The notes beneath the pieces were generated by a model. The model worked only from the letters and a program-made list of their open reading frames with translations, did no database searches and had not been told where the DNA came from. A stretch of 64,000 bases of DNA from an uncultured Candidatus Saccharibacteria bacterium (GTDB lineage: Bacteria > Patescibacteriota > Minisyncoccia > Minisyncoccales > CAYUYO01): assembly GCA_964449385.1 (NCBI GenBank), contig CAYUYO010000003.1, positions 483 through 64,482 on the forward strand. The letters are read 5' to 3'. A program made the position numbers and the translations under genes. Below, one piece after another: positions 56,900 to 62,810 of this stretch; position 1 is the stretch's first letter, and each line of letters opens with the position of its first letter.

Positions 56900-57511
56900 T
56901 CAGAACTTCCACTTCCGAGCGGACGAAACGCCCAAGACGTCGCAGCGAAAGTCATCAAAGTAGCTGCAGCTATAGAGACAGACCGAAAAGAAGTAGCCAA
57001 TAACGACGCGGCAGCTATCCGAATCCACAGATGACGTTCGAACATAAATATTTTTGAATAGGCGTTCGTTAGTGGTCAAGTAATAGCCGATGATGGTGTA
57101 AATCATCGCTTGAGCTGTGGGCACTTTGTCGTCTTCGCCGAGAAGAGCTTGCTGCTCTTCCCAGTTCTTTCCGAAAGAGTTATCCACTGGGGTCTTGCGA
57201 ATCAGCTGCCAGCTTGCCTCGCTGTGTTTCTTGGAGAATGACTCCTTGTTATACCACGACTGGTCGTAGAACAACTTGGAATCCATCTTTCCGTGAATCT
57301 CAAGAATCGAGAGCGGGAAGATTGCCACCAGGATGTAAGTCTCCTTTGTTTCCTGAAGCACCGCTTCAGAAAAAGGAATCTCAGATAGAACAAGGGTTTG
57401 CTGGCGGGTCGGGTTAACTCCGAAATGCTGGATGGCCTCCTCGATGCCGAAGAAGTTCTTGCCCATGATTTCACGGGCACGCTTCTGACTGGTCGTCGAC
57501 TTAGTTTTCAT
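56900..57511 (-). CDS. Hypothetical 203-aa protein on a G+C-rich segment
   Basis: GGAGG lies 6 nt before the ATG at 57511. Overlapping spurious ORFs in other frames and on both strands show locally raised G+C. I cannot assign a family. Confidence 0.7.
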   Translation of the reverse strand: MKTKSTTSQKRAREIMGKNFFGIEEAIQHFGVNPTRQQTLVLSEIPFSEAVLQETKETYILVAIFPLSILEIHGKMDSKLFYDQSWYNKESFSKKHSEASWQLIRKTPVDNSFGKNWEEQQALLGEDDKVPTAQAMIYTIIGYYLTTNERLFKNIYVRTSSVDSDSCRVVIGYFFSVCLYSCSYFDDFRCDVLGVSSARKWKF

Positions 57512-57564
57512 GGCATACCTCCAATCTTTATTTCCGATTCGTTCGGATTTACGTCTTGTCTCTT

Positions 57565-57621
57565 TATGAGACGAGCATTTTAGAAATCAGTTTAACTGAC
57601 GTCCAAAATGCTCATCTCATA
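57565..57621 (-). promoter_or_regulatory. 17-bp stem-loop in the ~130-nt 5' leader of the 203-aa gene
   Basis: Plus-strand arms TATGAGACGAGCATTTT (57565-81) and AAAATGCTCATCTCATA (57605-21) pair with one G-U. An inner TCAGT/ACTGA stem is present. Candidate promoters are TGTTATAAT (57649-57) and TTGACT-17-TGTAAT (57663-91). Confidence 0.5.
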
Positions 57622-57745
57622 GTGTTCTGAACCATATTTAAAAGAACTATTATAACACTGTTATTACAACAAATTGTTAAATAAAAGTCAAGATTAAAAA
57701 TCAAATTTAAATTCACTAGCTTAATTATTCTATCATTTACTATAT

Positions 57746-58123
57746 CTATTTGATTTTATTCAAATTTCCATTCAAGAATTGAACCTCAATGGCTTCTAAT
57801 TCATCTTTACAGAATTCTGGGCTTGGATTTAAGACAAATATCTTTTTTTGGAGAATAAATGCCATTCCTATTTCCATAAGCGTATTTGCTCCAATATAAT
57901 TTTCCTTATCGTCTTTTGTGTAATTCATTACCAGAATCGCATCAGATTTTTTTAGGTTTTCATTAAATTTCTCCATCGCTTTTCTTTTAGCTGGTGGAGA
58001 TATTGGATCTGGCATCGGGTCTTTTTCTGGAACAATTACTTTGTGATCCTGTTGTTCTAAAATTTCCTTGGTTTCCTCAAATTTTTCAAGGAAAGACATA
58101 TTTCCTATAATTGTAATTTTCAT
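57746..58123 (-). CDS. Nucleoside 2-deoxyribosyltransferase-like protein
   Basis: MKITIIGNMSF N-terminus and GANTLMEIGMAFILQKKIFVL, resembling the NDT/Rcl catalytic-Glu helix. Weak call. Confidence 0.45.
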   Translation of the reverse strand: MKITIIGNMSFLEKFEETKEILEQQDHKVIVPEKDPMPDPISPPAKRKAMEKFNENLKKSDAILVMNYTKDDKENYIGANTLMEIGMAFILQKKIFVLNPSPEFCKDELEAIEVQFLNGNLNKIK

Positions 58124-58159
58124 AATTTTGTTTAGTTAATTATTTTATCTTATTCTATC

Positions 58160-58182
58160 AAAAAACCGCCTTCTTGGCGATT
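58160..58182 (-). terminator. Repeat-family terminator copy E5, followed by TGATAGAAT
   Basis: AAAAAACCGCCTTCTTGGCGATT. Extended -10 at 58152-58160. Confidence 0.65.
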
Positions 58183-58372
58183 GATTGAGGCGTCTCGATT
58201 TCTCGAAAGGCTCACAAAACTGCTTTGCCCCAGTCTAAAACCAAGGGTTTGAGGGTAATTTTGAGTATTTTAAGGCGTTGTTTCATAACGTCTTCCGGTC
58301 ATGGTTATTTTAACACAAAATGAGACAAATGAGTCAGTGCTTAAGAATACTTCAGTAGAATTGATCCATAAA

Positions 58373-58726
58373 TTAATATCGCTTTGCGTATCCAATAATC
58401 AAATATAATACCCCTGAAATAATAGGAGAAAGCATATTAATCATGAAATTTGCCTCTGTTATTAATCCTAAAATAAAACCTATTATTATCGGAACAACAA
58501 TAAGATATCCTCCAACTTTTTCGTACTTCCATCCAAGAACTAACCCGATAAAAATCAAGGGATACATTGCCAGAATGGTATTATCCCATATTGAATAATC
58601 TGGACTAACAAATGGCAAGGGATTTCCGTAACCAAAATAAAACGGTAAACCGAATATTATTATCGCTAAAGCAATAATTCTGGCAAACCATTTTATAACC
58701 TGTATTTGTTCTTTGTCTAATTTCAT
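58373..58726 (-). CDS. Four-TM membrane protein, unknown function
   Basis: 117-aa hydrophobic ORF with no recognisable motif. Confidence 0.5.
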   Translation of the reverse strand: MKLDKEQIQVIKWFARIIALAIIIFGLPFYFGYGNPLPFVSPDYSIWDNTILAMYPLIFIGLVLGWKYEKVGGYLIVVPIIIGFILGLITEANFMINMLSPIISGVLYLIIGYAKRY

Positions 58727-58785
58727 AATATTTTATTAATTATAATATTTTTAAATTAATTTTAATCAACCTTTATTTATATAAT

Positions 58786-58989
58786 TTATAATTTGTAATT
58801 AAATATTTTTTCAATCGGCTGCTTAAAAACAAGGGCAATTTTGAAGGCCAATTCCAGAGAGGGTATGTATTTATTTTTTTCCACGGCAATTATTGTCTGT
58901 CTGGTTACCCCGCACTTGCTCGCCAGTTTTTCCTGGGTCATATTATGTTCGGCGCGGAAAACTTTTATTCCGTTATTCATCTGCGCCAT
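58786..58989 (-). CDS. XRE-family (YozG-like) helix-turn-helix regulator
   Basis: MTQEKLASKCGVTRQTIIAVEKNKYIPSLELAFKIALVF. Confidence 0.85.
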   Translation of the reverse strand: MAQMNNGIKVFRAEHNMTQEKLASKCGVTRQTIIAVEKNKYIPSLELAFKIALVFKQPIEKIFNYKL

Positions 58990-59368
58990 ATTTTTTATTG
59001 AAATAATGATAAGATATTGAGTAAATTGTAATCAGTAACAGAGCGATATAACAGAAGGTCTCCCCAAGTAATTTAAGATAAAAATTTTCACTACCCATAG
59101 CTATAAATATTAGAAAAAGCCCGAGTAAGGAGAGAAGTATGGTTGCTATACTATAGGTTATTTGAGAAGCTCTGCCGCTGACTGAAATAACTCTTTCATC
59201 CACTATAATCTTTTTAAATCTATTTTTTACTAAAAAAAGAAATAGCATTCCAATAAGTATGCCAGAAATTGCTAAATAAAAATTACTAACAATAACTGCC
59301 TCCCATACTATAACTCCAATCAAAAGGCCGATTAAAGTTCTGACTTTTTGATATCGTTTGTAATCCAT
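58973..59368 (-). CDS. Four-TM membrane protein (DUF2178-like) paired with the XRE regulator
   Basis: 131-aa polytopic protein overlapping the HTH gene by 17 nt. Confidence 0.55.
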   Translation of the reverse strand: MDYKRYQKVRTLIGLLIGVIVWEAVIVSNFYLAISGILIGMLFLFLVKNRFKKIIVDERVISVSGRASQITYSIATILLSLLGLFLIFIAMGSENFYLKLLGETFCYIALLLITIYSISYHYFNKKYGADE

Positions 59369-59408
59369 ATAGTCTGTAAGTTACATTTAAGTAAAGTTTA
59401 TATTACTA

Positions 59409-59437
59409 ATTGTAAAGTATTCTTTACATTGAGTCAA
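59409..59437 (-). promoter_or_regulatory. Promoter of the membrane-protein/XRE pair
   Basis: Minus strand reads TTGACT (59437-32), 17-nt spacer, TACAAT (59414-09). Confidence 0.5.
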
Positions 59438-59467
59438 TAGCCTATTTATTAACAGGTAAAATATAAA

Positions 59468-59504
59468 CAAAAAAATGCCAGAACGGCGATTTTCTAAATG
59501 GCAT
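59468..59504 (-). terminator. Repeat-family terminator copy E6 (variant)
   Basis: ATGCCA (59475-80) / TGGCAT (59499-504), with AATCGCC retained in the loop and a T/A run outside. Confidence 0.55.
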
Positions 59505-59640
59505 AATTTTGTAATATTTTTAGATAAAATGAGAGTACTAGCATCCTCAGTCTAGTACTGGGGTTTTAAGAGGAATTTAGGCGGTTTGAGGTGTATCTTA
59601 CTGACGCGTTTCGGTCGGGGCGTTTTTAATATTATACTTA

Positions 59641-59817
59641 TTATCTGCCTAAAAATTGAAAGGCTTGGTAAACTAAAAAGGCCGGCCAAACCAAGGCTTT
59701 TAAAAATCCGATAACTCCCATATAGAATGTTGTGGCGTTACCGATAAAATAGACGGCCGCACCAATTATCCCTAAACCATAAACAGCTGACCCGCCATGA
59801 CGAATATGTTCTTTCAT
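59641..59817 (-). CDS. 58-aa two-TM membrane protein (below the ORF-track cutoff)
   Basis: Hand translation: MKEHIRHGGSAVYGLGIIGAAVYFIGNATTFYMGVIGFLKALVWPAFLVYQAFQFLGR. It has its own family promoter (TAGTATAAT, 59856-64) and a terminator downstream. Confidence 0.55.
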   Translation of the reverse strand: MKEHIRHGGSAVYGLGIIGAAVYFIGNATTFYMGVIGFLKALVWPAFLVYQAFQFLGR

Positions 59818-59863
59818 ATTTTTTTATAGTTTTATTAATTATTAACCTTTACTCTATTATACT

Positions 59864-59889
59864 AAAAAACCACCCTTTTTAAAAGGTGG
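59864..59889 (-). terminator. Repeat-family terminator copy E7 (variant), followed by TAGTATAAT
   Basis: AAAAAACCACCCTTTTTAAAAGGTGG. Confidence 0.6.
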
Positions 59890-60030
59890 AGTATAATACC
59901 CATATAAATTAACAGGAGTGATAAACTCTAATATGCTGCGGGGACTCTATTCGAACCACAGCTTCATTTTATATTCAAAACGCTGTATTTTCCAGTTCGA
60001 ATCTTAGACTGATATCTCATTCAATAACCC

Positions 60031-60846
60031 TTATGATTTCCGATTAAACGCGAATATGGCCGCAGAAATCATAACTGCAGAAAAAACAATAAGAAATAAA
60101 GCATTAATGTGAATCGGATATAAAACAATGCTCTTTATAATTTCCGGAGGAATTTGAGTATTAAGGATGATTTGCCTAAAAGCGTCTACGCCATAGGTTA
60201 AAGGATTAATTTTGGAAATAATTGTCATCCATGTCGGCACCGCAGTCAGTGGGAAAAATGCTCCCGAAAGGAAAAACATAGGGAAAATAAGTACCTGCAT
60301 TAAGATCCCGAAGCTCTCGGTTGTCTTCATGAGGGAAGATATAAGAAGCCCCATGCCGGATATTGCAAAAGACAAAAGAAGCATGAAGAGGAAAAGCTCC
60401 GGGATGATAGTAAAATGAATGCTTATACCAATAAGGGGAGCGAGAATTAACAATATCAGCCCCTGAAGAGCGGCAATGGTGGTAGCTCCCAATGTTTTAC
60501 CAATAGCAATAGAAGTTCGCGATACCGGCGCCACAAGAATCTCTTTTAAAAACCCGAATTCTCTATCCCAAACCGTGGAAACAGTTGAGAAAAATGCTAC
60601 TCCCATTATACTCATTGCAATAATACCAGGATACATAAATTGGATGAAATCTATGCCGAAATTCCCTTGAGAGAGCGTTTGCCTAAGTCCCACGCCAAAA
60701 ATAAAGAGAAACATTAACGGTTGGAAAAGTGTTGAAACAATTCGCGTCTTATCTCGTGTGTAGCGAATTATTTCCCTCTGCCAAATTGTGAATATTGCTT
60801 GAAAAAAATACATAATTTCAATATTAATGTCTTCGCATTCGCGCAC
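60031..60846 (-). CDS. ABC-2-type transporter permease
   Basis: Six TM segments and the ABC-2 pattern (IWQREIIRYTRDK, WMTIISKINPLTY). The start may be the internal ATG at 60813. Confidence 0.85.
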   Translation of the reverse strand: MRECEDINIEIMYFFQAIFTIWQREIIRYTRDKTRIVSTLFQPLMFLFIFGVGLRQTLSQGNFGIDFIQFMYPGIIAMSIMGVAFFSTVSTVWDREFGFLKEILVAPVSRTSIAIGKTLGATTIAALQGLILLILAPLIGISIHFTIIPELFLFMLLLSFAISGMGLLISSLMKTTESFGILMQVLIFPMFFLSGAFFPLTAVPTWMTIISKINPLTYGVDAFRQIILNTQIPPEIIKSIVLYPIHINALFLIVFSAVMISAAIFAFNRKS

Positions 60847-61786
60847 GCATATGATCTTTATCAGAGGCCTCTTCTTCCCTAATTTTTCGACCAGTTAAAG
60901 AAAGAAACACATCGTCAAGCGTTGGTTTCCGCAATTCAATAGAGTCAATCTTTGTGTCAAGTTCATTAAAAAGCCGCGGCAAAAATTTTTCTCCCTCTGC
61001 AACTTCCAACTGAAGAACGCCATTTTCTTCTTTTACTTCTTTATCGTAACGCTGCTCCAATTCTTTTTTGAGGTTATCTTTTTCTGCGCTTGTCATTCGA
61101 ATAACATCTCCGCCGACCATCTTTTTAAGCTGAAGCGGCGAATCAAGCGCAACTATCTTGCCGTTATCAATAATAGCGATGCTATCGCAATATTCGGCTT
61201 CATTCATATAATGGGTGGTCATAAAAATTGTCATTGACCGTTCTTTTTTTAATTTCAAGATGTAATCCCAAAGGTGGACTCTAGTCTGCGGGTCAAGGCC
61301 CAAAGTCGGCTCATCTAAAAAAAGCACCTGCGGATAATGAATAAGTCCTCTGGCTATCTCAAGCCGGCGCTTCATCCCTCCGGAAAAAGTTCTAATAATG
61401 CTTTTCCTGCGGTCCCAAAGGTCAACCAATCGCAAAACTTCCTCTATTCGCTTTTTGTATTCTGTTTTTGGCACCCTGTAAAGCCTTGCGTGAAAACGAA
61501 GATTTTCTTCTGCTGTTAGGCGGTCATCCAATGAAGGGTCTTGGAAAACGAGGCCGATGGACTTCCTTACTTCATCTCTTTGTGAGAGAATATTAAAATT
61601 ATTAATTATAGCTCCGCCTTCTGTCGGTATCAAAAGAGTTGAAAGCATATTAATGGTAGTGGACTTACCGGCGCCATTGGGTCCAAGAAAACCGAAAATT
61701 TGTCCCCTCTCCACTCCAAAGGATATATGGTCAACGGCCGTAAAACCGTTGAATTTTTTGGTTAAATTCTCAACCTGAATTATCAT
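60824..61786 (-). CDS. ABC transporter ATP-binding protein (DrrA/CcmA-like)
   Basis: Walker A GPNGAGKST, signature FSGGMKRRL, Walker B LFLDEPT. Confidence 0.95.
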   Translation of the reverse strand: MIIQVENLTKKFNGFTAVDHISFGVERGQIFGFLGPNGAGKSTTINMLSTLLIPTEGGAIINNFNILSQRDEVRKSIGLVFQDPSLDDRLTAEENLRFHARLYRVPKTEYKKRIEEVLRLVDLWDRRKSIIRTFSGGMKRRLEIARGLIHYPQVLFLDEPTLGLDPQTRVHLWDYILKLKKERSMTIFMTTHYMNEAEYCDSIAIIDNGKIVALDSPLQLKKMVGGDVIRMTSAEKDNLKKELEQRYDKEVKEENGVLQLEVAEGEKFLPRLFNELDTKIDSIELRKPTLDDVFLSLTGRKIREEEASDKDHMRARMRRH

Positions 61787-61795
61787 AAACTCTTT

Positions 61796-62044
61796 TTATT
61801 TATTGGTCTTTTTAATAATCTCACTGATAACTTTCAGTTTATCGGCCAAATGAGATGCAATTTTTTCCAAATTTTCAAGTTTGGAAAAAGCCAGCATATC
61901 GTTGCCAAAACCAAAAACCAATAGTTTATCTCCCCTTTCAAGCTTCATCTTTTGGCGCGCCTCAACCGGCACCACAACCTGTCCCTTCTCTCCAAGAGTG
62001 GTTGTTCCGTAAAAAGACCTATTCTTCTTATTTTTTTTAATCAT
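61796..62044 (-). CDS. AbrB/MazE/SpoVT-family DNA-binding protein
   Basis: GQVVVPVEARQKMKLERGDKLLVF swapped-hairpin motif. Start moved to the ATG at 62044 because the promoter lies inside the longer track ORF. Confidence 0.72.
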   Translation of the reverse strand: MIKKNKKNRSFYGTTTLGEKGQVVVPVEARQKMKLERGDKLLVFGFGNDMLAFSKLENLEKIASHLADKLKVISEIIKKTNK

Positions 62045-62089
62045 ATGTTTATAAATAAATCCTAAAAGTAGGAAATGTATGATGTTAAC

Positions 62090-62118
62090 ATTGTAACAAA
62101 ACATAAACTACCTGTCAA
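62090..62118 (-). promoter_or_regulatory. Promoter of the abrB-like/ABC transporter operon
   Basis: Minus strand reads TTGACA (62118-13), 17-nt spacer, TACAAT (62095-90). Confidence 0.55.
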
Positions 62119-62149
62119 ATTAATGTTTTCAGACGCTGAAAATGGTACC

Positions 62150-62174
62150 AAAAAAAACCGCCCAAATGGCGATT
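62150..62174 (-). terminator. Repeat-family terminator copy E8
   Basis: AAAAAAAACCGCCCAAATGGCGATT. Confidence 0.65.
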
Positions 62175-62318
62175 CTTTGGAGTTTCTCAGTCCCGAATAA
62201 AGTTCAATATCCTAGACGGGTATGGGTCTTGGACGTCTTAAAGCCGTTGCAAAATTAGCTTCAAAATAGGCCTCTCGGTCGCTTAAGCTAAACAAGTGTA
62301 ATCCTAGTATGTTATTTC

Positions 62319-62765
62319 TTATCGCCCTGGATAAATGGATGAAAGTTGAATTGTTTTTGCAGTATAGCTTCCGTCAGAGTTTTGATCACCATTAACCGTA
62401 ATTTGTTTGCCAATTTCAACATCATTTATTGATCCCTCGGTTGTTTTTGATATTTGGGTAGAATCTGAAAAAAAGATAATTTTTGACCCACCGTCTGGTA
62501 TTTTCAAAGTTAAACTTTGCTCGTCTTTATTAATAATTTCACCAGTAAGAAAACCTGCCTCGGCTCCTCTCGTAATTCCCCTCTGGGCACTTCCTGCCAT
62601 GTTTCCCTGAAAAAGTTGCTGACGTTCTTCCTCCGATAGATTTTGAAAATTCTGACCAGAGAATTGACCTAAAGGACTTTTAACTTCTCCATATTTCATC
62701 CCTCCGTAAAATATTCCACTCCCTACTATAATAATTGCAATAATAATTGGTAGTAATTTTTTCAT
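62319..62765 (-). CDS. Secreted protein with DUF5666-like C-terminal beta domain
   Basis: Signal/TM, Gly/Gln-rich linker, then IIFFSDSTQISKT...ITVNGDQNSDGSYTAKTIQL. Confidence 0.55.
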   Translation of the reverse strand: MKKLLPIIIAIIIVGSGIFYGGMKYGEVKSPLGQFSGQNFQNLSEEERQQLFQGNMAGSAQRGITRGAEAGFLTGEIINKDEQSLTLKIPDGGSKIIFFSDSTQISKTTEGSINDVEIGKQITVNGDQNSDGSYTAKTIQLSSIYPGR

Positions 62766-62810
62766 AATTTCTCTTAAAATTTTAATCTCCGAACCGCCGA
62801 CTACGGTTCG

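Noticed and set aside
56900-57050. Diversity-generating retroelement: the C-terminal residues of the 203-aa protein (SVCLYSCSYFDDFRCDVLG) all fall in the NNY-codon amino-acid set, and a related sequence lies just downstream, resembling a VR/TR pair.
   Set aside because: No reverse transcriptase or Avd-like ORF is in the window. The differences between the two copies are not adenine-specific (for example T to C, G to T and C to G changes). The downstream copy also has indels, so it looks like a decayed paralogue rather than a template repeat.
59890-60030. tRNA-like fragments (GGTTCGAAT and AGTTCGAATCT strings) suggesting a tRNA gene remnant or integration site.
   Set aside because: The flanking bases do not form T-stems or an acceptor stem. 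The two strings are arms of an 8-bp inverted repeat, ATTCGAAC/GTTCGAAT, within repeat copy E7.
52938-62320. Integron gene-cassette array with attC sites.
   Set aside because: I could not find the R''/R' core sites (RYYYAAC / GTTRRRY) at the element ends. The hairpins look like ordinary intrinsic terminators with A/T runs. Each unit has its own promoter. The only tyrosine recombinase is ~28 kb away and looks Xer-like. A proper attC covariance-model scan is still worth running.
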